DNA from: a virus
Taxonomy: Duplodnaviria; Caudoviricetes
Direction: 5' to 3' (one strand)
Length of the DNA: 38,245 bases
IMG/VR virus record: IMGVR_UViG_3300036779_000134
Location: 1-38,245 of that record
The notes beneath the pieces are model-generated. The model saw nothing but the letters and a program-made list of their open reading frames with translations. It was not told where the DNA came from and did not search any database. The position numbers and the translations under genes are program-made. Below, piece by piece: positions 15,266 through 25,246 of this stretch (position 1 is its first letter; every line of letters starts with the position of its first letter).

Positions 15266-17353
15266 TCAGTAGCTCGGAACCCACTTTTGGGCGGTAGAAT
15301 CCCAGGTCAGCGTCATCGCTTTGCCGATCGCCGCCGCGGACGCCGCCGCGATGTTGCCGCCGGTTACGAGAGTCCATGCGCCGGTCGGGATCAGCGTCAC
15401 CGGCCCGGTGTATATTGCGCCGACCGAGAGATTGCTCCTTACGATGGTCGAGATCGCCGCATTCCCGCTGACTCGCGTGACGGCATTGGTGGGCGTGATG
15501 CTGGCCCCGGATACGATATCCACTCCCATTACGTCGTCTATCGTGCCGTTGTCATGGATAGCCCATCTGCCGCCCGTTGCGTTATTCACCAGCATGAAGC
15601 CCGCTCCATCCGTGGCTGACCGCTGGTTCCCGATGATGCGTAAATTGACGGTTCCGACAGACGGATCTATCTCGATATCTGCCGAGCCAGAAGCAGCCCC
15701 CATCGCAAAATAGTTGTCCAGGATGGTGGCGTCGAGGGCGGTAGGCTGGACGACGACTCCCTGGCCCTGGGTAGTCCCCGCCCCGATCGTTACGCCCTCC
15801 ACCGTGTTCCCGTAAGTGGCGTCCGCGAACCCGATTCCCGCTATGCATGTGGCGGCGGTGGCGCCGCCCACCACGCCGCCGAGCACGCTGTTGTAGAACG
15901 ATCCTGAATCGAAGTGGATCCCCCATTGCGTGTATTGGTCTACGCCGACTCCGACGATTTGCGAGTAGCCCGGATAGCGCAGGCCCGCGCCGAGGTTCGT
16001 CGACGCGAAATTGACGCCGATTATGGGAGCAACCAGGCATCCGCCCAATATCACTACCCCCTGGCAGTCATTCAATATATCGATGGCGTTGTACAGTCCT
16101 TTCAGCCCCTGAGTCGTCAACCCCGTCATGGTGCAATTGATCGCCCGCTCAAAGGTAACGAGCGCGGCGCGCGGAAACGTGAGCGTGCTGCCCGTCGTCA
16201 TGTGGTAAATGTTCACCGCCTGGAATTGAAACGTGTACTTCCCCGTTGCATCCGAGGTCGAGCCCACCCACACGGTGGTGTTGTCCATCAAGATCCAATC
16301 GGAAGCCTGCACGGTAACGCAATAATCCAGGTAGACGGCCGTGCCGATATTGCGAAAGATCAGCGATTTGAGCTGCGAATAGTAAGAGTTGTACTCCTTG
16401 ATGGCGATGACCGTGTTCACCGGGTTCAAACTCGTGCCGTCGAACATCAGGTTGCGGATGTGTATGTGGGTGCTGTTGCCCGCGGCGGGAGTCTGCATCA
16501 TGACCATGGACGCCGAGCCGGGGACGAGCACGGTCGGGCTGCCCGCTCCCTCGACGTCCGAGTTATTAAAGAGAGTCACGGTGGCATTGAGCAAATAAGT
16601 TCCCGCCGGTATGTAGATGCCATAATTCGGAGTCGCCAGTTTCACGGCTTCCTGTATCCCCGCGGTGGCGGTCTGAATCGTCCATGCTCCCGAGTGCGCG
16701 TTCGCGCATTGAATGATGAGTTGTCCCGAGGCCGCTCCGGAGAGCGCGCTGCCGCCCGTGATAAGACACGCTTCGGCTGCTCCAGTCCCTCCGCTAACCC
16801 ACAGGTAATGATCCGTCGCGAATCCGTTGACGCCTAGTGGGACCGGGCTCAGCGTGATTGCGTTGTTTCCCACCACCAGACTGCCTCCCGGGGTCTGTGG
16901 CGCGAATGCAGCCGGCAGGATAAACGGAGAGGTCGGCACATTGGCGAGATGCACGCCCAGAGTCTGCTCGATCGCCTCTACTTCGGCTGTCAGCGCGTTA
17001 TGATGCCACGCATCCACAAATCCCGAGACGAGAGCCCCGGGAAGGTGAATCGCCGGCGTGGTGCCGTCGAAGCCGCGGGAAACCGGCACTACATCGCCTG
17101 AGGGAGGCCCGGTTACCTTGACGATTTCCAAATCGATCGAGAGCAGATTGTATGCGCTGATCGAGGAGGGATCCGACACGGTCATCAAAGTAGAAGCGTT
17201 GTCGAGCGCGAGCGCGAGCGCGGTCTGCTGCCGGTCCACCGCAATCGTCAGGTCGCTATCGGTGGCGATCGCCGCGGGATACCGGGCGGCGGGCTTGCCG
17301 AGCGATTGCGATTGAGCGGAACGGGAGCGCATCGGAAATACTCTGGCTGTCAT
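15266..17353 (-). CDS. Tailspike / receptor-binding protein with right-handed beta-helix
   Basis: TAGIQEAV...IYIPAGTYL...VEGAG..TVL pectate-lyase-like start followed by parallel beta-helix repeats. Confidence 0.8.
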   Translation of the reverse strand: MTARVFPMRSRSAQSQSLGKPAARYPAAIATDSDLTIAVDRQQTALALALDNASTLMTVSDPSSISAYNLLSIDLEIVKVTGPPSGDVVPVSRGFDGTTPAIHLPGALVSGFVDAWHHNALTAEVEAIEQTLGVHLANVPTSPFILPAAFAPQTPGGSLVVGNNAITLSPVPLGVNGFATDHYLWVSGGTGAAEACLITGGSALSGAASGQLIIQCANAHSGAWTIQTATAGIQEAVKLATPNYGIYIPAGTYLLNATVTLFNNSDVEGAGSPTVLVPGSASMVMMQTPAAGNSTHIHIRNLMFDGTSLNPVNTVIAIKEYNSYYSQLKSLIFRNIGTAVYLDYCVTVQASDWILMDNTTVWVGSTSDATGKYTFQFQAVNIYHMTTGSTLTFPRAALVTFERAINCTMTGLTTQGLKGLYNAIDILNDCQGVVILGGCLVAPIIGVNFASTNLGAGLRYPGYSQIVGVGVDQYTQWGIHFDSGSFYNSVLGGVVGGATAATCIAGIGFADATYGNTVEGVTIGAGTTQGQGVVVQPTALDATILDNYFAMGAASGSADIEIDPSVGTVNLRIIGNQRSATDGAGFMLVNNATGGRWAIHDNGTIDDVMGVDIVSGASITPTNAVTRVSGNAAISTIVRSNLSVGAIYTGPVTLIPTGAWTLVTGGNIAAASAAAIGKAMTLTWDSTAQKWVPSY

Positions 17354-17366
17354 GGGATCACCTTTT

Positions 17367-18068
17367 TCAAGTCGTTCTCAGGGCCGGCGGAGACGTCGGC
17401 CCAGGTCCCTGTGGAGGCGGTCCCGGGGCATTGTAGAGTTCCGCGTTCAACTGCGCGATCACGTTCTTCGACTGTTCGGCCGCATCGTTCAGTTCCTGCG
17501 TCAGCGGCCGTTGGAACGCGATACACAGATCTCTCGCCGCGATGGTGAGCAAGGTCTCTTCGTACCCCGGCGCAAGGTTGATAGTCCCGGTCTGAGCCGG
17601 AAGCTGAGGGATCGCCTGGAAGGTCCAGAGGATGACGCTGCCCGTCACTGGCATCGGGCTTACATAGCAGACGCCCGTGGGAAATCCGTTGTCATAGAAG
17701 AGATCTTCCACGTAAACCCCCGTTCGGCTCTTGTCCGGTACGCCTGCCCACTGGTCCGCTGTCGGGAGATTACACGGCCTCTCCACGCCGTTCTGCGCGA
17801 TTACCGAGGCGCTCTTGATCTTGATCGGACGCGCCGTTGCATTCCAGACCATCCCTGGACCGTACGTGTAGCTCGCCTGGCCGCTCAGTTGATATTGCCC
17901 GCGGTTCATGCCAACCATGGTGAGCTTTTCGGCCGAGAGCGAATCGATCTTGCGGTTCATTATCCGGAAGGCCAGACTCAGATCGTCCGGGTTCGCGGTC
18001 TGCCCCTGGGCGTACGCGCCGACGTAAATAAGGGCATCGGTCAAAAGGGCGTTGATGTCTGTCGCCAT
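17367..18068 (-). CDS. Head-tail adaptor (P22 gp4-like), copy 1
   Basis: LTDALIYVGA..QGQT...MNRKIDSLS...RPIKIKSA...LFYDNGFPTG..YVSPMP...LAPGYEE...ARDLC. Confidence 0.75.
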   Translation of the reverse strand: MATDINALLTDALIYVGAYAQGQTANPDDLSLAFRIMNRKIDSLSAEKLTMVGMNRGQYQLSGQASYTYGPGMVWNATARPIKIKSASVIAQNGVERPCNLPTADQWAGVPDKSRTGVYVEDLFYDNGFPTGVCYVSPMPVTGSVILWTFQAIPQLPAQTGTINLAPGYEETLLTIAARDLCIAFQRPLTQELNDAAEQSKNVIAQLNAELYNAPGPPPQGPGPTSPPALRTT

Positions 18069-18074
18069 AAGCCG

Positions 18075-18533
18075 TTAGACCTCGGCCACAACGCGCCCGT
18101 TAACCAGCAACTGACCTTTGACCACGGGAACAACGGGACCCGTCTGTCCCACTGCGATTTCGGTCGAATACCGGCTCATCAGGTGCGCCCACGTCTTCTC
18201 GTCTTGCGGGTTCGAGCCTCCTGGCCCTATGGGAGCAAGTACGGGAGGCTCAACGGGCGGTTCGACTGCGGCGGCCGCCTGGTTCACCTCAAACACCAGG
18301 TCGAAGCCGGTGATTGTGATGGAGCCGGAGCGCGCCGCGCCTGCGTTATCCGCGACCGCGAATAGCACGCTTGCATTACCGGTCACCGGTCCCATCGGGT
18401 CGATCACCGTGAGCCAGGAGTCGTCGGAGACGGCCGACCACTCGGTCGAAAACTCGCCGGCGATCACTTGGAAGACATTCGACGGGCCGCCCGAAGCCGG
18501 GGCGTTGAGACTCGCCGGGTTTAGCGATGCCAT
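18075..18533 (-). CDS. BACON-domain-containing virion-associated protein
   Basis: WSAVSDDSWLTV....GNASVLFAVADNAGAARSGSITI is a BACON-type pattern; AGGGA RBS favours ATG 18533 over 18605. Confidence 0.7.
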   Translation of the reverse strand: MASLNPASLNAPASGGPSNVFQVIAGEFSTEWSAVSDDSWLTVIDPMGPVTGNASVLFAVADNAGAARSGSITITGFDLVFEVNQAAAAVEPPVEPPVLAPIGPGGSNPQDEKTWAHLMSRYSTEIAVGQTGPVVPVVKGQLLVNGRVVAEV

Positions 18534-18540
18534 GGCGTCC

Positions 18541-18897
18541 CTACTTTCTGGGCGCAACGGTCTCTTTTTGACCGGCGCTATGGGCTTTGCCGTTGTCTTT
18601 TTCATCGGATTGACTCAACTTGCCGAGCTTCTCCAAAGCCTTCGCCGCTTTCGCGAGCAGCGACTGCAGGGTTTTGACCTCGTCCTGCGTAAGCGCGTCC
18701 GAGTCTTCGGGCTCAAGCGGGGCTTCCTCGAATCCCAGATCCAAGAGCCTGTCGTAATCGTGCTTGTCCGTCGCCACTTTGGTTTGGCGGCTCTTGTGGT
18801 TGTACAGCGTGAATGGATATTCGTTCGGCGTATTGTGGACGTTGTCCTTCTGGTCTTTCTGCTGCGCATCGGTGGGATGCGTGGTCTGAGTGCTCAT
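18541..18897 (-). CDS. Hypothetical head-associated protein (EYPF motif)
   Basis: GAGG RBS; NEYPFTLYNH...GFEEAP. Confidence 0.75.
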   Translation of the reverse strand: MSTQTTHPTDAQQKDQKDNVHNTPNEYPFTLYNHKSRQTKVATDKHDYDRLLDLGFEEAPLEPEDSDALTQDEVKTLQSLLAKAAKALEKLGKLSQSDEKDNGKAHSAGQKETVAPRK

Positions 18898-18898
18898 G

Positions 18899-19420
18899 TT
18901 ATTTCCTCTTTCCGGATTTGGTTTCTGGTTCGGCCTGCGTTTCTCCGCGAGCCGCGGCGAGCAGGGCTTCGCGCTCTTCCTTGGGCATACGCAGCAAGCG
19001 GTCCACCAATTCCGTTTCTTCGGCCTCCGCTCCTGTGAGCGGGATCTCCTGCCCTTCGGCCGGGAACGGCTCTTCGCTCCACCCCTGCGCCTTCATTTGC
19101 TCGCGTTCGCCGTGGTTCTGCGCGAGGCGCGCCGTACGGGTTGCGTAGTGGTACATGACGAAGGGATATTCGCGCTGTTGATAGTGGGGGACAGGAGGTT
19201 TCGCGAGATCGAACTCCTTCATGCCGCCGGCTTCCTTCTGGTCGAGTGAATCGAGAAGACGGCGTAATTTGATGCGCTCCTCGTACGAAAGAGCGGACTC
19301 GTTTACCGAAGGGGTCATCTGGTTGCCTCCCAAGCCATAGATATCGGCCATGGCTTGTTGCTGCTGTTTTGGGGTGAGATCGGTGCCGAGGCTATAGCCT
19401 TCGGATTCGTTGATGGGCAT
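18899..19420 (-). CDS. Hypothetical head-associated protein (EYPF motif)
   Basis: REYPFVMYHY...GWSEEP; follows the capsid operon terminator. Confidence 0.75.
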   Translation of the reverse strand: MPINESEGYSLGTDLTPKQQQQAMADIYGLGGNQMTPSVNESALSYEERIKLRRLLDSLDQKEAGGMKEFDLAKPPVPHYQQREYPFVMYHYATRTARLAQNHGEREQMKAQGWSEEPFPAEGQEIPLTGAEAEETELVDRLLRMPKEEREALLAAARGETQAEPETKSGKRK

Positions 19421-19424
19421 GGCT

Positions 19425-19465
19425 AAAAAAACGGGGAACCGGCTAGATCCTCCTCCGGCCCCCCG
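19425..19465 (-). terminator. Rho-independent terminator after the capsid/decoration genes
   Basis: Minus strand GGGGCCGG...CCGGTTCCCC followed by GT7. Confidence 0.75.
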
Positions 19466-19477
19466 GGCATCAAAGCC

Positions 19478-19884
19478 TTAGAACGTCCCGGCCCCCTTCG
19501 CATAGACGGTGTAGGCTTCTGTGCCTATCCCGACGTTTGTGAAGTTCACCAGGAAAGTCTTGCTGTTAAGCGTTGCAACGGCGGCGGTTCCGCTGATGGT
19601 GCCGCCCGCTCCCGCGACGACGGTTGCCGCGCCAGCCCCGGCGCTTCTAACCTCGACCTCGAAGGAGGTTCCGACCATGCAGCCCTGAATGTTGTTGCAG
19701 AGATCCGAGGCTGACGGCAGGGTAAGATTGGCGGCGCCGGCAGCGTTGTAGATGATGAATCCTGACAACAGCTGCGCGGAAGTGAGCACGGCCGCCGCGG
19801 TGAGCGTGACCGGAAGAATCATCGGCATGATGACCGATTCGAAGCGAGGATCTTGCAATCCGAAATGTGAGCTTACTCTTGGCA
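19478..19884 (-). CDS. Putative capsid decoration/cement protein
   Basis: AGGAGG RBS before MPRVSSHFG; small Ala/Gly/Thr-rich beta protein directly after the MCP gene. Confidence 0.65.
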
Positions 19885-19898
19885 TCTTCTGATTCCTC

Positions 19899-21137
19899 CT
19901 ATGCTCCGAGAATCGCCAATGCGGCGTTCTGTTGGTAAAGGTTGCCGAACCCGATGAGCGAGTCGTAGCGGTTGACCTGCATCGAGCGCACCGGATCCCA
20001 GGCAATGACTTTGCGGACTGCAATGCCACTGTCCGGGTCTTGCTGTTGTCCCGAAGACTCGACGGCTTTGGGCAGATAGAGCTTGCCGCCTACGAGCGCG
20101 AAGGCTTCGCGTGTGAGACCGAGACCGATTGTGCCGGTCTTGCCGTTGGGCGCCGTGGTTCCGGGCCATAGAGTAAGACCGGCGTTGTTGCCGGGGAGAG
20201 CGTCCACATTCTGATACTGGGATCCGGGTCCGTAGATCGCGGGCAGTATCGTGATCGTGTCGTTTCCTCCGGTGAGGGTCGCGCCGGCAGGGCAACTGAA
20301 TGTACGAGGAACTAGAGGCCCCGGGCTCCTGCGGGTCATGGGGTTCACCCTGTTCGTCAAGGCAAACGAGAACTTATCGCCGGGATTGATGGTATCTCCC
20401 GCTGTTCCCTGGATGATGATTTGCCCGCCGGCCTGATTGCCGCCGATGACCTTGACCGTCGCCGCCCATGTGCCGGCGGTGTGCGTCCAGAGCGAATTCG
20501 ACTCGAAGAAATCGAAGGCCGCCAGGACTCCGATGCTTCCGCGCTTCCACATGCGCGTGATCTCGTCCGCGGGGTGGAACACGTTGGTGATGTTCGATCC
20601 TAGCGAGGTCATCTGCGAGGTCGAGACCAGCGCGCAGCGTTTGCCCGTGCCGGCCGCTTCTTGCTCAAGGATGGCGCGGGCCTGGTAATAGGTCTGCACC
20701 GTCGTCGGATCCGTGCCGAGCTGACCGACGAAATTCGAAGTGTTGTAGCGGCCCCAGTTGGCTGCGCGGCTGTCGATCTCCTGCGCGATCGCTGCGCCGG
20801 CCGGCTCCCAGTAGTTCTCGCGGAGCTCGGCTTCGGAGCGCTCTAATTTCACGGCCCTCTCATAGTCGTCCCATTCGAACGGGACCTGGATCCACTGGTC
20901 AAGCGAGACCGTGGTAGAGATGCGGCTGATTCCCTGTGGGGCATAGCCCATGCCGTCCACCGTCAGGAATCGTTGCGGGAATTTGATCTGTATCGTGGAT
21001 CCGGGGGCGAATTCCTTGTTGAAGTCTTTCTCCCAGTTCCGGCTGAAATACTCGGTACAGACCAACTTGTTGACGAGCAGCCTCAAGATCTCAAGCGAGA
21101 CCCATGAGGTGTTAACGAAGTTGTTCGGATTAGGCAA
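19899..21137 (-). CDS. Major capsid protein (P22 coat gp5-like), TTG start
   Basis: NNF....V..E.LR.L.N.LV...GSTIQIKFPQRF...PAGAAIAQEID...GDKFSF..TNRVNP.TR...EAFAL...RYDSLIGF; follows the scaffold gene. Confidence 0.9.
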   Translation of the reverse strand: MPNPNNFVNTSWVSLEILRLLVNKLVCTEYFSRNWEKDFNKEFAPGSTIQIKFPQRFLTVDGMGYAPQGISRISTTVSLDQWIQVPFEWDDYERAVKLERSEAELRENYWEPAGAAIAQEIDSRAANWGRYNTSNFVGQLGTDPTTVQTYYQARAILEQEAAGTGKRCALVSTSQMTSLGSNITNVFHPADEITRMWKRGSIGVLAAFDFFESNSLWTHTAGTWAATVKVIGGNQAGGQIIIQGTAGDTINPGDKFSFALTNRVNPMTRRSPGPLVPRTFSCPAGATLTGGNDTITILPAIYGPGSQYQNVDALPGNNAGLTLWPGTTAPNGKTGTIGLGLTREAFALVGGKLYLPKAVESSGQQQDPDSGIAVRKVIAWDPVRSMQVNRYDSLIGFGNLYQQNAALAILGA

Positions 21138-21138
21138 T

Positions 21139-22182
21139 TTAGATCTGACCCTTCATGCGGGCTAGGTCCTTGCGGTTCCTCTCGTTGAAGAACTTCCGGA
21201 CGTCCCCGCTTGCCGCGGCGCGATCCGCCTCGTCTCCGGGTGGAGACGATGTGCCTCCGAGTTCGGTCGGAGGCGGCGGCGCCTGTTTCGGAATCCTGGC
21301 CGGGGGTTTCGTTTCGGATGTGAACTTGCCGTCTTCGCCTCGTCCCGGCGTCCCGTTAGTTTCCGGCTTATGGCCGTTCTTTTCGAGTTCCGCTTTGACG
21401 AGCGCTTCGACGGTGTACCACTTCCGCAGAGCTTCAAGAGGATCTTTAATCGAGAGATCGACGAACGCATCGAGCTCTTTCTGGTCCGACCCCATCACAT
21501 AGAGGGCGTCTACCAGAACCTGCGAACGTGAAACCGCGGCCTTGATCGCCGGCGCAACCTGCTTGTTCTCGAATACCGATTTCGCGGTATCGAGCACCTT
21601 CGGTTCCGCTTCGTCTCCGTAACGCGACTTTGCTTCGTTCAGTTTGACCTGCATCGCCTGGATGGCTTGTTCCTGTTTAGTCCGCTGGACGTACTCCTCG
21701 ACCTTTTGACCGGCTTTCCAGTCGGCCAGGTCTTCGTCGTATTTGTCCTTGGCGGTTTCGTACTTCTCCCAGGTTGTGAAGTCTTCCTGCTTCGGCTTTA
21801 CCGGACGCGCGCCGGCTTGGGGCTCGGCCGCTTGTTGGGTGGACGATTCCCTGACTACGTCCTTCTTTTCCGGTTGGGCCTCCTGCTTTAGCCGGTCGCG
21901 TTGCGCGATCAAATCCCTGATCTCTTGATTCAACTCCTGCTTGCGGGCATCTGCTCCCTGCCGCTTATGTTGTGCGCCGGGTTCCGAGTCCGGGGTTACG
22001 GGTTTTTTTGGAGTTGCCGATTTCTCCGTTGACGGCTTCTTCTCGGGCGTTTCGCCGGTCATTCTCCACTTCACGTAATCTTCCGCGTTGGTGGGGACTG
22101 AGACTGGTTCCGATGTCTGAGAAGTCTGAGACTGAGGTTCCTCCGCGGGTGACGGGGCCGCGGGTGATTCTACGTCTTCCAT
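21139..22182 (-). CDS. Scaffolding protein
   Basis: Charged/disordered, KPKQEDFTTWEKY motif, APPPP C-terminal segment; lies between portal and MCP. Confidence 0.85.
   Translation of the reverse strand: MEDVESPAAPSPAEEPQSQTSQTSEPVSVPTNAEDYVKWRMTGETPEKKPSTEKSATPKKPVTPDSEPGAQHKRQGADARKQELNQEIRDLIAQRDRLKQEAQPEKKDVVRESSTQQAAEPQAGARPVKPKQEDFTTWEKYETAKDKYDEDLADWKAGQKVEEYVQRTKQEQAIQAMQVKLNEAKSRYGDEAEPKVLDTAKSVFENKQVAPAIKAAVSRSQVLVDALYVMGSDQKELDAFVDLSIKDPLEALRKWYTVEALVKAELEKNGHKPETNGTPGRGEDGKFTSETKPPARIPKQAPPPPTELGGTSSPPGDEADRAAASGDVRKFFNERNRKDLARMKGQI
22108..22132. repeat. GTCTSAGA motif copy inside the scaffold gene
   Basis: TTCCGATGTCTGAGAAGTCTGAGAC, nearly identical to 36544-36567 and 36579-36603. 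Confidence 0.85.
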
Positions 22183-22187
22183 AAAGT

Positions 22188-24479
22188 TTATTGCGGCTGC
22201 TGGCCGCTCTGATCCTGGCCGTTCTGCGCCGCCGCGGCCTGCTGCGCGTTCTGCGCCTGCTGATTCTGCGCGGCCTGGTCCGCCTGCACCATGTCCTGCT
22301 GATGCTCTTGAGCCGATAGCGCTCTTTCATGGGCCTGGTCGGATGCCTTTGCGCTGGCGTCGTCCAGTTGCTCGTGGGCCTGCTGGTAGAGCTCGTCGAT
22401 CGCCGCCATGCGTTCGGAGAGTATCTGCGATTTCGTTTGGATCTCGGCCGACGCGGCCTGCGCATCCGCCTTCATCTTCTCGACAGCGAGCGAAGTCTGC
22501 GCCCTGAGTCGCTCCGTCATCATCCGGTACTCGCCTTCGACCACCTTCGCCTGCTTCTCCACCGTAAGCTTCTGCAGCTCAGCCTGCAATTGCTGAATCA
22601 GAATGCCCTGTTGCTGTAATTGCCCCTGCGTTTGCTGCAATTGCTGCATGCTCTGACTGGGGTCGCCCTGCTGAGGGCTAATCATCTCGGCCATCTGGTC
22701 GCCCAAGGGGCCGAGATCTTTCATCTTGATCGCCAGAGAAAGCAGTTGAGCGGCCTGCGGGGGCGCGATGGGGAGCTTGGGAAGCTGTCCGATGAGGCTG
22801 TCTAAGAAGTCTGAGACTTCGTCACGCTGCGACTGGAAGCTGGGGCCGGTCGATATCGAAATCGAGTGGTCTACCTCGTCCACCGGGAAGTGCGCCGCGC
22901 GTCCGGTCTTCTGATCGGCGTACGGTGCCGGCGTGTTCAGCACCGCCTGGCGGTAGCTTTCGTCCGCTTTCCGCAGTTGGATGGATCGGCCTTCGCGGCC
23001 GTAGACGGACGGTATCCACTGATCGATGACGCGGCCGGCGAGACGCAATGCACGATCGTACCCGTCGATGAAGTGATAGCTTCCGGTTGCTTCCATGGTC
23101 TCGATCTTGTCCATCGCTATCTTGGATTTTTCGTTACTACGCTGCGCCGCGGTGGGTAGCGGCGTGATTCCCATGGCGGCCTGAATTGCGCGTCTCGAGG
23201 AATCCTTGGCGACCTCATAAGCCCCGAAGTTCGGCGTAAACGGCTGCCGCTGGGGAAGCGGCGGTATCTGGCCGGCCGGCCAGTTATCAGGGATATCCGC
23301 CTCGAGGAAGCCGTACGGGATCTTGGTGATTGCCTCCCACATCTTCCGGTTCGAATCGAACATTCCCTTGTAGCCGATATAGGGAGTTTTGGGAGTTAAC
23401 CCGGCCTCTTCCATCTCGAGCGAGTTGAGGTAGGCGAGAGACATCTGCGGATCCCGCGCCAGGCGGACGAGAGAATAAAGCACCCGCGCGCTCATGCCCC
23501 CTTCGTCGAGGTAGCGTTCAAGCCCGATCATCGGAATGACGGGCAGTATCGTGCCGATCTCCGGCTTGCGCTTGAGGATCTCGACCCCGTTCGTGAGGTA
23601 CTGGCAGACGCTCTTTTTCTCGAGCGTGCGCTTCTCGGTATACTTGCCCTTCGGGTTGTCCGTCACCTCGTCGTTTTCGAGCAGGTAGATCGTGCGTTCG
23701 GTGGTTTCGATGCGCCAGTATTCCGCCACCACGGGGCCGTCCTCGAAGATCCAGTCCGAAGCGCTATCACGGTACGCGAAGCTGAAAGAGGTGACCTGCG
23801 CCTTCGGGAAGCGCTTCTTGTATTCCTTCCACGGCATGCGCTCGAGAACGAAGCAGGCTTTGCCGTCCGACCAATCCGGCTCTTTACAGTTGGGGTCGAA
23901 CAGGACGCTGTTCGGATTCGCGATGACCTTGAGCACGATGTGCTGGTCGAAGAGAGTCTTGTTCCTCTGCTGACGCTGCGTTGCGTTCTGCGGGTCGTCT
24001 TCATCCGGTTCGGCGTACTGGTCCGTAACGTACCTGCGCGAGACGCGGAAGAAGGAATACGAACCCTCCACCATGTCCTGATAGGCTTTGGCGTAGATAC
24101 TCGGCCCGTTCGAGTCGTATTCAATGGTCCGGATGATGTCCTGCCGCAAGGTCGCCGATTCGTCCGTCGAGCCTTCTCCCCGCGGATCCACTTTGATGCC
24201 GCGCCGGTTCTGGCGCATGGAATTGACGGTCTGGTAAACGTACTGGGAGAGCTCGTCATGGTTGATGCACGGGCGACCGGCGTCCTTCCTGGCCCTGCGG
24301 TCTTCCGTCGTCCACGGGTCTCCCGAGATGTACTTTATGTCGATGTTGCGCTCTTCCCTGACCTTCGACCAGGCCGTGTCGTAGGCTTTGTAGCGGTCTC
24401 TGATCTCGGTCAGCAGCTCTTCGTCGTCAGAGTCGGCGCCGCGAGCCGGAGCGTCGTTGTACGCGAGGTCGGTAGTCAC
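22188..24479 (-). CDS. Portal protein (P22 gp1-like)
   Basis: GDPW....R...GRPCIN...Q..N..RQNR..IKV.P...RLARDPQ...N...S..A...; long Gln-rich C-terminal barrel; 763 aa. Confidence 0.92.
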   Translation of the reverse strand: MTTDLAYNDAPARGADSDDEELLTEIRDRYKAYDTAWSKVREERNIDIKYISGDPWTTEDRRARKDAGRPCINHDELSQYVYQTVNSMRQNRRGIKVDPRGEGSTDESATLRQDIIRTIEYDSNGPSIYAKAYQDMVEGSYSFFRVSRRYVTDQYAEPDEDDPQNATQRQQRNKTLFDQHIVLKVIANPNSVLFDPNCKEPDWSDGKACFVLERMPWKEYKKRFPKAQVTSFSFAYRDSASDWIFEDGPVVAEYWRIETTERTIYLLENDEVTDNPKGKYTEKRTLEKKSVCQYLTNGVEILKRKPEIGTILPVIPMIGLERYLDEGGMSARVLYSLVRLARDPQMSLAYLNSLEMEEAGLTPKTPYIGYKGMFDSNRKMWEAITKIPYGFLEADIPDNWPAGQIPPLPQRQPFTPNFGAYEVAKDSSRRAIQAAMGITPLPTAAQRSNEKSKIAMDKIETMEATGSYHFIDGYDRALRLAGRVIDQWIPSVYGREGRSIQLRKADESYRQAVLNTPAPYADQKTGRAAHFPVDEVDHSISISTGPSFQSQRDEVSDFLDSLIGQLPKLPIAPPQAAQLLSLAIKMKDLGPLGDQMAEMISPQQGDPSQSMQQLQQTQGQLQQQGILIQQLQAELQKLTVEKQAKVVEGEYRMMTERLRAQTSLAVEKMKADAQAASAEIQTKSQILSERMAAIDELYQQAHEQLDDASAKASDQAHERALSAQEHQQDMVQADQAAQNQQAQNAQQAAAAQNGQDQSGQQPQ
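22799..22817. repeat. GTCTSAGA motif copy inside the portal gene
   Basis: TGTCTAAGAAGTCTGAGAC, 18/19 match to 36209-36227. Confidence 0.7.
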
Positions 24480-25246
24480 GCTGCTGCCTTAAGGATTTGC
24501 AACGCCTGTCTGCCGATGAATTCTGAATATGCGGGCGGTATCGCCTGCGAGAGCTTTGACATCGGCATCCAGTCGATTCCCATGGCCTCGCGGGCCTGCT
24601 GCGTCGTGAAGATTTGCCGCTCGCGCGATCCATCCGCCAGCGTTAGCCCTTTCATGCCGCCTTTTCGGCCACCCTCGCCGGTTACGGAAATCGTTCGCTT
24701 GTTATCCACCGGCGTATGCCCCACCACCGCTAGCACATTCCGGCATCGGTCCCGCAGGTGGCCGCCATACACCCCAAGCGGTATCGCGCCATGCTGGCAC
24801 TTCGGCCGAACCGGAATCGAAAAGCTCGTCTCGAACAGCCGATGGCGCCGCAGTTCCGCGCGCCCGTCCGCCGTCTGCAATCCGAACATCGTCCCGCAAA
24901 GCATCGTGAGGTAGCCGGATTCGCCAAGCGGCGCGCCCTCCACGTTCTCGATGCAGTAGGGGATACCGCTCGCCACGAGCCGCGCCCGCGTCTCGGGGAT
25001 CAGGTTGGGATGATCTTTGGCGGTCGGCATGAAGCGAAGCGCGGTGAAGGCTTGGCAGGGAGGCGATGCCCAGATGAAATCGTATCCTTCAATCGGGAAA
25101 GTGAGCGCGTCCGCCTGGTGAAACTCATCTCCGCAGTAGTGCTTCTGAGGTGCGATATCCACGCCTGTTACGTGAAACCCAGCCATCTGCAAGCCGCGAG
25201 TTGCGCCGCCGGCACAGCAGAATAGATCCAAAGCCCGATGTCTCAT
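24476..25246 (-). CDS. Orphan DNA (cytosine-5) methyltransferase
   Basis: Motif I LDLFCCAGG, motif IV ASPPCQ, motif VI ENV, C-terminal MGIDWM...SQAIPPAY. Confidence 0.9.
   Translation of the reverse strand: MRHRALDLFCCAGGATRGLQMAGFHVTGVDIAPQKHYCGDEFHQADALTFPIEGYDFIWASPPCQAFTALRFMPTAKDHPNLIPETRARLVASGIPYCIENVEGAPLGESGYLTMLCGTMFGLQTADGRAELRRHRLFETSFSIPVRPKCQHGAIPLGVYGGHLRDRCRNVLAVVGHTPVDNKRTISVTGEGGRKGGMKGLTLADGSRERQIFTTQQAREAMGIDWMPMSKLSQAIPPAYSEFIGRQALQILKAAA

Noticed and set aside
15914-24914. Long plus-strand ORFs (15914-16837, 17352-18365, 18118-19038, 23940-24914)
   Set aside because: Antisense shadows of well-supported structural genes in high-GC DNA, with Arg-rich uninformative translations.
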